Below the pieces are notes generated by a model, which saw only the letters and a program-made list of their open reading frames with translations, had not been told where the DNA came from and made no database searches. 64,000 bases of DNA from an uncultured Gemmatimonadales bacterium (GTDB taxonomy: Bacteria; Gemmatimonadota; Gemmatimonadetes; Gemmatimonadales; GWC2-71-9), in assembly GCA_963728915.1 (NCBI GenBank), contig CAVSLV010000001.1:992001-1056000 (forward strand), given 5' to 3'. The translations under genes were made by a program, and so were the position numbers. Of this stretch, positions 1 to 10,097 are shown in pieces. Positions within the stretch are counted from its first letter, which is position 1; each line of letters begins with the position of its first letter.

Positions 1-1744
1 CCTCGCTCCGCTGGGATCCGGACCGCTGCTCGGCAGCGGCCAGGTCACTCCGGACCGTGCCGAGCCGAGCCGACGAGAGGCCGCGGGAACGGGTGAGCTG
101 ATCCACCAGCGCCCTCGCCACCACGAAACTCGGCGGCCAGACGAGCTTCGGCTGGTCCTGGACGTTGAGATAGTCGAGATGGACCAGCTTGGCCGCTTCG
201 ATCTCGTTCCGGGTGAGAAAGCCGCTGGGCAGCAGCTCGAACACGTCGAGTCCTCGCGAGATCTCGGAGCTGTAGAGATAGCCGTTGTACCAGTAGACCG
301 ACCAGGAGCCGGCGTCCACCAGCTTGGCGGCATCCATTGGCCCACGGTCGTGGTAGGCGATCTCGACCGGATGGGCCGGGTCGGTCCAGTCGAAGACCGA
401 GATTCCGCCCTGGTACCAGGCCTGGACCATGATATCCCGGCCCGGCACCGGAATGAGCGAGCCATTGTGCGCTACGCAGTTCTCGAACTCGGTCTGAGGC
501 GCCGGCATCTTGTAGTAGCTCTGGAACGTCATCCGATTGCCGGTCAAACTGAAAATCGCGTCGGCCCCCCATTGCATCTTGTCGGTGACGCGGCAACGGG
601 GCGCGGCGCCTCCGCCCCACTCGTCGGAGAAGAGGATCTTGGTGCCCTCGTTGTTGAAAGTCGCCGAGTGCCAGAAGGAGAAATTGGAATCGGCGACCGC
701 CCCGATCCGTCTGGGATGGGCGGCATCGCTGATGTCGAGCAGGAGCCCATAACCCGCACAGGCGCCTCCAGCAAGCCCGAGGGCGGGATAGACGGTGATG
801 TCGTGGCACTGGTTCGGACCACCCTGGCCGCCCGGGTTGGGGCGTCGGCCAGCGAATCGAGCGGCCGCTCCGCCCGCCGCCTGGGCCGCGGCCCGGCGCG
901 CCAGCGCGGCGGAGTCCACTGGCTCGGCATGACGGGGGGGCGCAGTGAGGCCCTCGAAGATCCGGGGCGAGCTGACGATCGCCGCGGTTTGCGGGGCAGC
1001 GAGCGGCACCCGGATGACCTCGATCCGGAAGTACGCCGAGGTGGAGTCCTCGTCGATCGGACGGGCGGAACAGCCGGGAAGCTCGCTGGGAGAACGGATC
1101 GGCGCGGACCCTGAAACGTAGATATAGACGTTGGCCGGATCCCTGGGGTCTTCCACCACGGTATGGGTGTGGGAGCCCCGGCAGGTCTGCACATTGGCGA
1201 GGTACCGGGGATTTGCCATATCGGTCATGTCGAAGATGCGGATGCCCCGGAGCCGCTCATGGCTCACCGTGTCCTGCACCCCTTCCAGCCCGCAATCGAG
1301 ACGGCCACTGGTCGCTTCACCCGACACGAAGAGCAGATTCCGGAAGACCGAAACGTCGCTCTGGGACCCGGGACAGACGTAGGCCTTCGCGAGCGTTGGC
1401 CTCGCGGGGTTGGTGACGTCCCAGACCTGCCAGCCGCTGTAGTTCCCCTGGATCGCGTAGCGGCCCATGAAAGCCAGATCCGAGTTGACCAGGCGGCGAT
1501 CGCCCGGGCTGTCCGGGTTGTAGAACGACGACGAGGGCGGAGTCTTCGAGACCACCCGAAGGTTCCACGCCGCTTCGCCAGCATCCATCCATCCCGCTTT
1601 GAGCCCAACCCGGGGGTCCGGTGAGGGAGCCGCGGTGGACATGCCGAGCTCGGGCGGCGGTGCCGATCCGGCGGGAGCGCCGGCGGTGGGGGCACAGCCC
1701 GCAAGGAGCAGCAAGGGGAAGGCGAACGGTCGGAGACGGGGCAT
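1..1744 (-). CDS. LVIVD-repeat beta-propeller lipoprotein (partial, runs off the left edge; absent from the ORF track)
   Basis: Hand translation from ATG 1744: MPRLRPFAFPLLLLAGC (lipobox), then DPRVGLKAG, NSDLAF, TCRGSHTHT, NQCHDITVYP, FWHSATF, DEWGGG, ENCVAHNG, QAWYQGG, WSAYWYNG, RGLDVFEL. The segments checked, including the window edge, stay in frame. Confidence 0.85.
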   Translation of the reverse strand, partial: MPRLRPFAFPLLLLAGCAPTAGAPAGSAPPPELGMSTAAPSPDPRVGLKAGWMDAGEAAWNLRVVSKTPPSSSFYNPDSPGDRRLVNSDLAFMGRYAIQGNYSGWQVWDVTNPARPTLAKAYVCPGSQSDVSVFRNLLFVSGEATSGRLDCGLEGVQDTVSHERLRGIRIFDMTDMANPRYLANVQTCRGSHTHTVVEDPRDPANVYIYVSGSAPIRSPSELPGCSARPIDEDSTSAYFRIEVIRVPLAAPQTAAIVSSPRIFEGLTAPPRHAEPVDSAALARRAAAQAAGGAAARFAGRRPNPGGQGGPNQCHDITVYPALGLAGGACAGYGLLLDISDAAHPRRIGAVADSNFSFWHSATFNNEGTKILFSDEWGGGAAPRCRVTDKMQWGADAIFSLTGNRMTFQSYYKMPAPQTEFENCVAHNGSLIPVPGRDIMVQAWYQGGISVFDWTDPAHPVEIAYHDRGPMDAAKLVDAGSWSVYWYNGYLYSSEISRGLDVFELLPSGFLTRNEIEAAKLVHLDYLNVQDQPKLVWPPSFVVARALVDQLTRSRGLSSARLGTVRSDLAAAEQRSGSQRSE

Positions 1745-1758
1745 GAGGGACTCGGGTT

Positions 1759-2385
1759 TTAGAAGTCGGTGGAATCGGGAATGGTGGCCAGCATCTCATA
1801 CATGCGGTCGATCTCGGTGCTCTGATCGGCATTGACGTCCGAGGCGAATTTGAAGACCCATTCGTCCTGGGCGGCGCCCGGGGACCCCATGAGCTGCTCC
1901 ACCATGGTGAGCGCGCCCTGATGGTGCTGGATCATGTAGGTGAGAAAGAGCCGGTCGAACTCGCTGCCGCGAGCCTGATCGAGCTGAGTCATCTGCTCCG
2001 GCGTGAGCATGCCCGGCATCAGCATCGGGTGATCCATCCCGGGCATCTGGTGGCCCCGTGGATCGGGCTCCGGCACCGGGAGACTCCGGTCGCGCAGCCA
2101 GCGCTGCATGAAGGCGATCTCGTCCCGCTGGGCCACGACGATGCGCTCGCACAGGGTCCGCACCGACGGACTGGCGCCGTGGCTGGGCGCCCAGCCCGCC
2201 ATGAGTACTGCCTGGGCATGGTGGGAGATCATCCCGGTCATGAACGCGACGTCCGCCTCGGTGACCGGAGGGTGGCCACCGTCGGCCCGGGACTTTTCCG
2301 CCGGGGTCGGCGGCGCCTGCGCCAGCCCGAGGCGGGGCATCGCGGCGAGCACTCCCAGGAACAAGCCAGCGCACAGTCGGTTCAT
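1759..2385 (-). CDS. DUF305 (ferritin-like, CopM-like) exported protein
   Basis: Signal peptide; two HH motifs (MISHHAQA, MIQHHQGA); Met/His-rich linker GHQMPGMDHPMLMPGM. Confidence 0.9.
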   Translation of the reverse strand: MNRLCAGLFLGVLAAMPRLGLAQAPPTPAEKSRADGGHPPVTEADVAFMTGMISHHAQAVLMAGWAPSHGASPSVRTLCERIVVAQRDEIAFMQRWLRDRSLPVPEPDPRGHQMPGMDHPMLMPGMLTPEQMTQLDQARGSEFDRLFLTYMIQHHQGALTMVEQLMGSPGAAQDEWVFKFASDVNADQSTEIDRMYEMLATIPDSTDF

Positions 2386-3602
2386 CCGTTCACCACGTCT
2401 CCCAGGATCTGACGGGCAATGACCAGGCGCTGGATCTCGCTGGTCCCCTCGCCGATCTCACAGACCTTGGCGTCGCGCATCATGCGCTCTACCGGATATT
2501 CGCTGGTGTAGCCGTACCCGCCAAACACCTGCACCGCTTTGGTCGTGGTCCGCATGGCCAGCTCCGAGCAGAACAACTTGGCCATGGCCGCCTCTTTCTT
2601 GTGCGGCTGGCCGGCCTGCTTCAGCCGAACGGCGTGATAGAGCAGGTGCGAGCCGGCTTCGATCTCGGTGGCCATGTCGGCGAGCTGAAATGAGACTCCC
2701 TGAAAACTCCCGATGTAACGACCGAACTGCTTCCGGTGGCCGGCGTACTCCCGGGCTGCCTCGTAGGCGCCTTCGGCGATCCCCAGCGAAAGAGCGGCGA
2801 TTCCGATTCGTCCGGCGTCGAGGGTCTTGAGGAAATTCACGAAGCCGTCGCCGCGCTTCCCCAGCAGGTTTTCCTTCGGGACCACGGCGTCGCGGAAGTG
2901 CAGCTCGCGAGTATCGCTGGCCCGCCACCCCATTTTCTCTTCTTTCCGCCCCGCCGTCACCCCCGCAATCTTGGGCAGCGCCTCATCATGCCCGACCCCG
3001 AACTCCCGGCAGGCGGCCGGGTCCACCGTGTCCTTGGTGACGATGAAACTGGTGATCCCGCGGTTCCCGGACCCGGGATCGGTTCGGGCGGTGACCGAGA
3101 AGACCTCGCCGACGCCGGCATGGGTAATGAGCGTCTTGGAGCCGTTCAGGAGAAAGTGATCTCCTCGCTCCTGAGCGGTCGTCGCCGTCCCCCCGGCATC
3201 ACTTCCCGCCCCCGGCTCGGTGAGCCCGAACCCACCGAGCACCCTTCCGCTCGCGAGGAGGGGAACATAGGTGCGTCGTTGCGCATCGTTCCCGAACTCG
3301 TAGATGGGCGAGGTGCCAAGGTTGGTGTGGGCCGAGATGGTGAGCGCGTGGGAGGCGTCGACCTTGGCCATCTCGTGAATCACGATGTAGTAGCTCAAGT
3401 GGTCCATGCCGGCGCCGCCATACTCCTCCGGCCACGGTACGCCGAGGAGCCCCAGGTCCCCCATGCGCTTGATGTTCTCCCAGGGAAACGTGCAGGTGCG
3501 ATCGATGTCCCGGGCGATCGGCGCCACGTGCTCCCGCGCGAACTCGCGCACCATCGCCCGGACCTCCTGGTGATGCGCGGTGAAATACAGCGATTCGTCC
3601 AT
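2382..3602 (-). CDS. Acyl-CoA dehydrogenase (short/branched-chain type)
   Basis: FGLTEPGAGSD, GRIGIAA, QVFGGYGY, EIGEGTSEIQR motifs. Confidence 0.95.
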   Translation of the reverse strand: MDESLYFTAHHQEVRAMVREFAREHVAPIARDIDRTCTFPWENIKRMGDLGLLGVPWPEEYGGAGMDHLSYYIVIHEMAKVDASHALTISAHTNLGTSPIYEFGNDAQRRTYVPLLASGRVLGGFGLTEPGAGSDAGGTATTAQERGDHFLLNGSKTLITHAGVGEVFSVTARTDPGSGNRGITSFIVTKDTVDPAACREFGVGHDEALPKIAGVTAGRKEEKMGWRASDTRELHFRDAVVPKENLLGKRGDGFVNFLKTLDAGRIGIAALSLGIAEGAYEAAREYAGHRKQFGRYIGSFQGVSFQLADMATEIEAGSHLLYHAVRLKQAGQPHKKEAAMAKLFCSELAMRTTTKAVQVFGGYGYTSEYPVERMMRDAKVCEIGEGTSEIQRLVIARQILGDVVNG

Positions 3603-3647
3603 GACGGTGGAAAATAGAGGTTCGCCACCCGGGTGGCGAGGTGCGCG

Positions 3648-5225
3648 TCATGGCTGCCGGAGGGCTTCGAGGATGGTCCCCCCATACTTCGCGGCAACCA
3701 CCGGCCCGACGCCCTCGGTGGCGGCGAGGGCCGGTTCAGAGCGGGGTGGGATTTCCGCCAGGCGACGGAGGACGTCGGGCTCGAGGAGGCAGCCTTCCCA
3801 GGGAGTTCCGCGGGTTCCGAGGGCCAGTCGAAGCCTCACCAGCCTCTCCTCGACCAGCGGACTCGAAACCGGCCGGACGCCACGCCGACCGCAGACGTCA
3901 CACCCGGTGCAGCGAGGAAGCCGCTCGCCGAAATACCTGAGGAGGGTCCGGCGCCGGCACGTCCCGCTCGTTGCGTAACGTTCCATGACCGCGATTCTTC
4001 CCTCCGCCTCGCGGCGCCGGCGCCTGACCCCGCTCCAATCGACCGGGCGCCGGTCCGGGGCCAGCTCGCGGCGAAGGCGTTCGATGGAAGCTTGCATGTT
4101 GCCGGGGATCCGGCGAGCATCGACCTCATGCTTCCAGACCCGTTGGGCCAGCTTCTCGTCCGGAAAAGTGACCTCGAGCTGGCGGCGAGGGAGTGCGGCG
4201 TCTCCGTCGCGAAATAGCAGAAGGCAGCGCGCAAACCGTCCGTCCCGTCCTGCTCGGCCCGCTTCCTGGTAGTACGCCTCGGGGGTGGCCGGGAGGGTCC
4301 AATGGACGACGAGGCGAACGTCCGGCTTGTCGATCCCCATGCCAAACGCACAGGTCGCCACGACGACACCGAGCTCTCCTTCCAGAAACTGACGAAGCCG
4401 ATCCCGCCGCACCTCGCTGCCGAGCCCGGCGTGATACGGGGCCGCCCGGTGTCCCGACTCGCAAAGAACCCGGGAGAGCTCCTCTACCAGGTTGCGGGTC
4501 GGCGCGTAAACGATGGCAAGCGCCTGCTGGAGACGGAGTACGGCGAGAAGTGCCCGCAAGCGCTCGCGATCGTTGGCCACCCGGGCGACCCCGAACCAGA
4601 GGTTCCGGCGATCGAATGAGCCGAGCACGGTGCGGGAACCCCGGGCGCCCCCCAACCCGAGAACGCGGGTGATGTCGGTGCGAACCGCCGGGGTGGCGCT
4701 CCCGGTGAGCGCGATGGCCTGGGGCCAGCCCAACGCCGACCGCAGCCGCCTCAAGGTCCGGTAGGCGGGCCGAAAATCGGAACCCCACTCGCTGATGCAG
4801 TGCGCTTCGTCCACCGCGAGGAGCGAGGGCTGCACCCGGCGTTCGGCCAGCTCGCGGGACAGGCGAGGCAGGCGCTCGGGCGAGGTGTACACCAGGCGGA
4901 CCTCGCCACGTTCGATCTGGCGCATGATGTCCCGCTGGGCCGCAACCGGGAGCGCGCTGTTGAGCGCTGCCGCGGGAAGGCCGCGGGCCTGGGCCGCCGC
5001 CACCTGGTCCTGCATGAGGGAGATGAGGGGAGAGACGACGACGGTTGGGCCCCCGCGGAGAAGCGCCGGAATCTGAAAACACACCGACTTGCCGCCCCCG
5101 GTGGGGAGAACGGCCAGAACGTCCCGACCCTCCTCCAGGGCGGTGATTACCCGGCGCTGCAACGGGCGGAACTCGCGGTAGCCGAAGTGGTGCTGAAGCA
5201 GCGACTCGGGCGTCGGCGCAGACAT
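3648..5225 (-). CDS. recQ: RecQ-family ATP-dependent DNA helicase
   Basis: PTGGGKS, VDEAHCISEWG, FGMGIDKPDVR, QEAGRAGRDG, CRR...CTGCDVC zinc motif, degenerate HRDC tail. Confidence 0.93.
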   Translation of the reverse strand: MSAPTPESLLQHHFGYREFRPLQRRVITALEEGRDVLAVLPTGGGKSVCFQIPALLRGGPTVVVSPLISLMQDQVAAAQARGLPAAALNSALPVAAQRDIMRQIERGEVRLVYTSPERLPRLSRELAERRVQPSLLAVDEAHCISEWGSDFRPAYRTLRRLRSALGWPQAIALTGSATPAVRTDITRVLGLGGARGSRTVLGSFDRRNLWFGVARVANDRERLRALLAVLRLQQALAIVYAPTRNLVEELSRVLCESGHRAAPYHAGLGSEVRRDRLRQFLEGELGVVVATCAFGMGIDKPDVRLVVHWTLPATPEAYYQEAGRAGRDGRFARCLLLFRDGDAALPRRQLEVTFPDEKLAQRVWKHEVDARRIPGNMQASIERLRRELAPDRRPVDWSGVRRRRREAEGRIAVMERYATSGTCRRRTLLRYFGERLPRCTGCDVCGRRGVRPVSSPLVEERLVRLRLALGTRGTPWEGCLLEPDVLRRLAEIPPRSEPALAATEGVGPVVAAKYGGTILEALRQP

Positions 5226-5301
5226 CGCCGGTCAGAGTAGCGACCCGCGGTGTCCCAGCCCTAACCCGAATTGTGCGGTTGCGGTCTCCTCAATGCGGCA
5301 G

Positions 5302-8049
5302 CTATCGCCGGGGGAGTTCCCAGGTCCAGGCGGATCCGCGACTTTCCATCAGGAACAGGAACAGTGGTTCAAACCCATCGGGTAGCTGCCCGGGCAACCT
5401 CGGCATGGCGGCGTGAAATTCCGTGGCTCCGCCCTTGGGCAGGCGGAAGGCGTCCCCCTCCCGGGCGATCGCCACCGTGGGTTCGGACGAATGAAACCTG
5501 AGGGTCACCCGGGCGTGCCACGGTGCCGCGGTGCCCGGATCCGCCAAGCCCGGAGCAAGGAGGATATCGAGGTTCCGTCCGGTCTGGTCCGGTCCAAGCG
5601 AAAGGGTCAGCCGGGTTTTCGAATAGTTGGCAGGTTCCTTTTCAAGGATATTCCCGGCCGAATCCATCACGGCAAAGCCGAAGTCGGTAAACCGCGGCCA
5701 TTCCCCCGGGTCGATATCCAGATCGGCCACCAGCTCACTGGCCCATGCCGGTACCGTGACCGGGATGTGGATGTCGCGGCTTCCGGCGGTATCCACTTGA
5801 ACGGTGCGCTGGGCGCCGACCGACCCGAACCGGAGCGTCCCGAAGGCTGAATCTGCATTCGAAGCCCGGAGCCTGGCGAGGATCGAATCGTTGCGGGGAA
5901 GGAACTCGAGCCGGGCCGGGGCGTGGAGCACCGAGAGGGTTGCGCTCGCGTTCCCGTCGAAGGGACCGGTGGCGACCGCTTCGTAGTAACCCGGCCGGAC
6001 ATCCCGACCGTCCACCGCGATTACCGCGGCCAGCGTGTCGGGGCCGGCGGGGATTCCATTGTCGCCGGGGATCGGCTGACCACCGGGCTGATGGAGCGAG
6101 GCGATGACGCCGTGATCGCGGAGTCCGGCTTCGATCCGGACCAGAAAAGGCCGGCCCGAATCCGCGGCGAAGACCATGCGCTGAGCCACCCCGGGCTGGA
6201 GCCGCACCTCGGCGGAGACCCGGCTTGCCGTCCTCGCATGGGGCACCACGACCGTGCTCACCAGGGTGAACGCGATCCCCGGCGTGCCATCGATCTCGGC
6301 GACGATCGACCCGCTGTAGGTTCCCGGGGCCGCCGGCGGCTTCTGGCGGACCCGCACCAGCAGCGTCGGCTGATCCACCCGAAGCCGGGGAGGCGCGGAT
6401 AGCCACGAGGCCCGGCTGGTGAGCGTAAGATTCACCGGATCGGACCCGTGCGTGCGGGTTATGCGGAAGGTGATCACGCTGTCGCCGGGAAAGAGGCCCA
6501 GATAGGCCGTCGCGCCGGGGCGATCCGGCAGGTCGACGTCGAATTCGGCGGGAGCATCCCCGGCGCGGAGGACCCTCCAGGCGGCCTCGAGGTCCGGCAC
6601 GCCGGCGCCTTCGTCGATCGGAGATTGCCCCACGAGGGGCCTGGATGAGCTCACCAGGGCCCGCCGGATCGTCGCGCCATCCACCGATTCGTGCTCCTGG
6701 ACCGCCGCGGAACGAAGGATCGCCGCCAGGCCGGCCACATGGGGAGAGGCCATGCTGGTGCCCGATTTGAACTCGTCACCCACATTCCAGCCGGGCACCG
6801 TCGAATAGGCGGTGCCCGGCGCGATCAGATCCGGTTTGGCCAGCTCGCCGCCCCGGGAGCTGAAATAGAGGAGCGGTTCGCCGTTGTGGGGCCCTTCGGG
6901 CAGAAAGGCGGCGGGCTGGAGCGCTCCGACCGTCAGAGCCCTTCTCGCGCTCCCCGGAAACCCCATGGTCGAGATTCCAGGGCCGTCATTGCCGGCAGAG
7001 GTCACGAAGACAACGTCGGGATGTGCGCCGAGAATCGAATCCACCAACCAATCAACCCGCGCCGCGCCCTCCCGTTCGTTGCCGACTCCGAAGCTCATGT
7101 TGACGACCAGGGGCAGCCCTCTCTTCGCGGCGAAACCGACCGCGTATTCCAGGGCCGACACCACGCTGCCCGTGGTAGTAATTCCTCCAAGATCGTTCCG
7201 GGAAATCTTCAGACCGAGAAGCTGAGCGCCCGGGGCGACACCCTCGAATCCGCTCACGCCTCCGATTCCATGGCCCGAAGCAATCCCGGCGACGTGGGTC
7301 CCATGGGCTTCGGTATCGAAGACCAGGTCAAGCCGGGGAGCGCCGCTCGAGTCGTCCGCGAAATTGGCCGCGACCGTGAGCGCCGAGGATGCTCCGGCCC
7401 GATGCCAGCCGAAGCTCTCCCGGCCCTGGAGATAGTCATGGACCGGCTTGTCGTTGGCGAGCGTCCCGTCGCCCTCGGCGTCCACGAACAGGGCCCAGCC
7501 CTCGGGCGTGCGCCCCACCACCAGCGCCAGGGAATCGGCGTTGTCACCATCGTCGTTGATATCGGCCGCGGGAACGTCGCCAAGGCGCCGCTCGATCAGT
7601 TCACCGGTGAACCAGGGAGCCGACGTCACGCTGCGAACTCGGGTCATGCCGAGAAGCCGGCGCCCGCCGATCAGGATGGTATCGGCGCGTGCGACCGCCG
7701 GCCTCAGGGCGACCCGGCCCTCTCCTGAGAAATCCCGCAGGTCGAGAAGCTTGGGCTCTCCCGTCGAAGTCAGGGAGAGTCCGACCACACCAGGATCAAT
7801 TCCGGTGTCGAGAATGGCGATCAGGACCCCGCGTCCATCCCAGGCAGGATGGGCGGTGAGAAACGGGGGGACGCCGGTGCTGCCGAGCGGCAACCATCCC
7901 TGCAGCCGTGCCAGAGCCGGTGGAGCAGCGGGTCGACGTTCCCCGGGGGAAAGGCCGGGCGCCTGCTGGGCGAGACCGGGGCTCGCGAACACCGAGAGGC
8001 AAAGGAGGAGCGAGCCGGGCCCGCTGCACGACCCTAGGAGATTAGTCAT
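5302..8049 (-). CDS. Secreted S8 subtilase, tripeptidyl-peptidase II-like
   Basis: Catalytic D (LDTG, 7809), H (HGTHVAG, 7305), oxyanion SAGN and S (GTSMASP, 6756); N-terminal hydrophobic signal peptide; start set at ATG 8049. Confidence 0.9.
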   Translation of the reverse strand: MTNLLGSCSGPGSLLLCLSVFASPGLAQQAPGLSPGERRPAAPPALARLQGWLPLGSTGVPPFLTAHPAWDGRGVLIAILDTGIDPGVVGLSLTSTGEPKLLDLRDFSGEGRVALRPAVARADTILIGGRRLLGMTRVRSVTSAPWFTGELIERRLGDVPAADINDDGDNADSLALVVGRTPEGWALFVDAEGDGTLANDKPVHDYLQGRESFGWHRAGASSALTVAANFADDSSGAPRLDLVFDTEAHGTHVAGIASGHGIGGVSGFEGVAPGAQLLGLKISRNDLGGITTTGSVVSALEYAVGFAAKRGLPLVVNMSFGVGNEREGAARVDWLVDSILGAHPDVVFVTSAGNDGPGISTMGFPGSARRALTVGALQPAAFLPEGPHNGEPLLYFSSRGGELAKPDLIAPGTAYSTVPGWNVGDEFKSGTSMASPHVAGLAAILRSAAVQEHESVDGATIRRALVSSSRPLVGQSPIDEGAGVPDLEAAWRVLRAGDAPAEFDVDLPDRPGATAYLGLFPGDSVITFRITRTHGSDPVNLTLTSRASWLSAPPRLRVDQPTLLVRVRQKPPAAPGTYSGSIVAEIDGTPGIAFTLVSTVVVPHARTASRVSAEVRLQPGVAQRMVFAADSGRPFLVRIEAGLRDHGVIASLHQPGGQPIPGDNGIPAGPDTLAAVIAVDGRDVRPGYYEAVATGPFDGNASATLSVLHAPARLEFLPRNDSILARLRASNADSAFGTLRFGSVGAQRTVQVDTAGSRDIHIPVTVPAWASELVADLDIDPGEWPRFTDFGFAVMDSAGNILEKEPANYSKTRLTLSLGPDQTGRNLDILLAPGLADPGTAAPWHARVTLRFHSSEPTVAIAREGDAFRLPKGGATEFHAAMPRLPGQLPDGFEPLFLFLMESRGSAWTWELPRR

Positions 8050-8083
8050 GAGGTGATTCGGAATCGCTCCAGCGGGCCGCGGG

Positions 8084-9703
8084 TCAGGAGGGCAGCACAA
8101 AGGGCCCGAGATGCGAGCCAGGGTTTCTCGAGGTGACTCGAAACAGGAAGGCGAGCGTGGAACGAGTCTCTTCGGGCCTGACGATCAGATCGACATGTCC
8201 CCGCGCCGCGGCGTGGGTGGCGTCGAGGTCGCGCTCGTAATCGGCCCGCATCTGGTCGATGGCCGTGGCGGTTTCCCGATCGGGCTCGCGACCCTCCCGC
8301 CGGGCCTGCTCGAGCTCCCGTCCGTGCACCGCCATGACCGCGGACTCTCCTTCCATGACTCCCATTCTGCCGGAGGGCCAGCTGAGCAGGAAATCGGGAT
8401 CGAAGCCCTGTCCGGCCATCGCATAGTACCCCGCCCCGGACGCGTGATTCACCGTCAGGACCAGTTTGGGGACCGTCGCGGCGGCCATGGCCTCCACGAA
8501 CCGGGCCCCGGCCCGGATGATCCCGGCGTGTTCAGCGTCGGTGCCCACCATGAATCCGCTGACATCCTGCACGAACAGAAGCGGGATTCGCTCCCGGCTC
8601 GCCGTTTCGATGAAATAGGCGGCCTTCTCGGCGGACTCGGGATACAGGATCCCGCCGGTACGAGGCCGTTCGCCCGGTTTGCCCTTGACTAACCCGCGCT
8701 GATTCGCGAGTACCGCCACCGCCTGACCCTCGATCCTGCCGTGCCCGCAGAGCAGCTCGCGCCCCAGGTCGGGCTGAAATTCGAGCACCTCGCCGCCATC
8801 GAGCACACAACTCAGCACGGCCCGCATGTCGTATGACATCCGGTGATCCTGGGGGAGCAGATCGTACAGGGAATCGGCGGCCTGGGCGGCCGGCCGCGGG
8901 TTCGCCTCAGTGGCACACCCGGCGGCCTCAGGGAGCAAGCCGACATACTGGCGGATTCGCTCGAGGCACTGGGCGTCGTTCGCGGCCCGGTAGTGCGCGA
9001 CCCCGCTGACCGCCGTGTGGGTGAGGGCCCCACCCAGGGTTTCCGCGTCGACCTTCTGACCGATGGCCCCGGCAACCAGGTTCGGTCCCCCCAAGCCCAT
9101 GAAGCTGGTGCCTTCCACCATGAAGATCACATCGGACAGGGCGGGCAGATACGCGCCGCCGGCCACGCAGCTCCCCATCACCGCGGCGATCTGGGGGACC
9201 TTGAGGTACCGCCGCATCAGGACGTTGTAGTAGAACAGCCGGGCGGCTCCATACTGGCCCGGGAAGACCCCACCCTGATACGGCAGGTTCACGCCGGCGC
9301 TGTCGACCAGGTAGATGATCGGAATACGCTGACGCATTGCGACCTCTTGCGCCCGAAGCATTTTCCCGATCGTTTCCGGCCACCAGGCGCCTGCCTTGAC
9401 CGTGGCATCGTTGGCGACCACCACCACCTCCCGCCCCCCAACCACACCGACTCCGGTAATGACCCCCGCGCCGGGCGCCTGGCCGTCATAGCGGTCCCAG
9501 GCGACCAGGAGGCCGATTTCCACCCAGGGCGCACCGGGATCGAGCAGGGACCTAACCCGCTCGCGCGGAGGCAGCTTGCCCTGGGCCCGCATCCGGTCGG
9601 CGCGCTCCCGGCCACCTCCCTCGCGGAGGCGGTCGGCCAGGGCCTGGTACTCCGCGGTCAGCTGGCGGAGCCGTCCGGGCCGGGTGCCGGTTTCAGTGGT
9701 CAA
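8084..9703 (-). CDS. Acyl-CoA carboxylase carboxyltransferase (beta) subunit, methylcrotonyl-CoA carboxylase-like
   Basis: [33 protein letters not shown] motifs; likely TTG start at 9703 overlapping the end of the upstream gene. Confidence 0.9.
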   Translation of the reverse strand: MTTETGTRPGRLRQLTAEYQALADRLREGGGRERADRMRAQGKLPPRERVRSLLDPGAPWVEIGLLVAWDRYDGQAPGAGVITGVGVVGGREVVVVANDATVKAGAWWPETIGKMLRAQEVAMRQRIPIIYLVDSAGVNLPYQGGVFPGQYGAARLFYYNVLMRRYLKVPQIAAVMGSCVAGGAYLPALSDVIFMVEGTSFMGLGGPNLVAGAIGQKVDAETLGGALTHTAVSGVAHYRAANDAQCLERIRQYVGLLPEAAGCATEANPRPAAQAADSLYDLLPQDHRMSYDMRAVLSCVLDGGEVLEFQPDLGRELLCGHGRIEGQAVAVLANQRGLVKGKPGERPRTGGILYPESAEKAAYFIETASRERIPLLFVQDVSGFMVGTDAEHAGIIRAGARFVEAMAAATVPKLVLTVNHASGAGYYAMAGQGFDPDFLLSWPSGRMGVMEGESAVMAVHGRELEQARREGREPDRETATAIDQMRADYERDLDATHAAARGHVDLIVRPEETRSTLAFLFRVTSRNPGSHLGPFVLPS

Positions 9704-10097
9704 GGTGTTGGGCAGCCCAGGACTTGATGTAGTCGACCAGCTCGGCAGTCGCGGTTCCCGGTCCGAAGAGCTTCCCGGTGCCTCGCTCCTGGAGCGCCTC
9801 GATGTCGGTCTGGGGAATGATGCCGCCACCGGTCAGCAGGATGTCGGAGCGTCCCTGGCCATCGAGAAGCTGGCGGACCCGGGGAAAGAGGGTCATGTGA
9901 GCGCCGCTCAGAATGGACAGTCCCACCACATCCACATCCTCCTGGATGGCGGCGCTGGCGATCATCTCGGGCGTCTGGTGGAGCCCGGTGTAGATGACTT
10001 CCATCCCGGCGTCGCGCAGCGCGGCCGCGACGACCTTGGCGCCGCGATCATGACCATCGAGACCCGGCTTCGCGACGAGCACCCGGATGGGGCGCAT
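9693..10097 (-). CDS. Cobalamin-binding small subunit of acyl-CoA mutase (IcmB/MCM C-terminal domain type)
   Basis: [13 protein letters not shown] (DxHxxG) and SILSGAH; ATG 10097 overlaps the upstream TGA. Confidence 0.95.
   Translation of the reverse strand: MRPIRVLVAKPGLDGHDRGAKVVAAALRDAGMEVIYTGLHQTPEMIASAAIQEDVDVVGLSILSGAHMTLFPRVRQLLDGQGRSDILLTGGGIIPQTDIEALQERGTGKLFGPGTATAELVDYIKSWAAQHLDH

Noticed and set aside
45..1832. Many short ORF-track calls at the left end
   Set aside because: All are alternative frames of the single LVIVD gene (1744 to the window edge)
5248..5270. TTCGGGTTAG upstream of recQ as a second candidate LexA site
   Set aside because: Only one good half-site; the unit 11 bp away is GCTGG, and TTCGG is common in GC-rich DNA. 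Worth rechecking once a matrix exists
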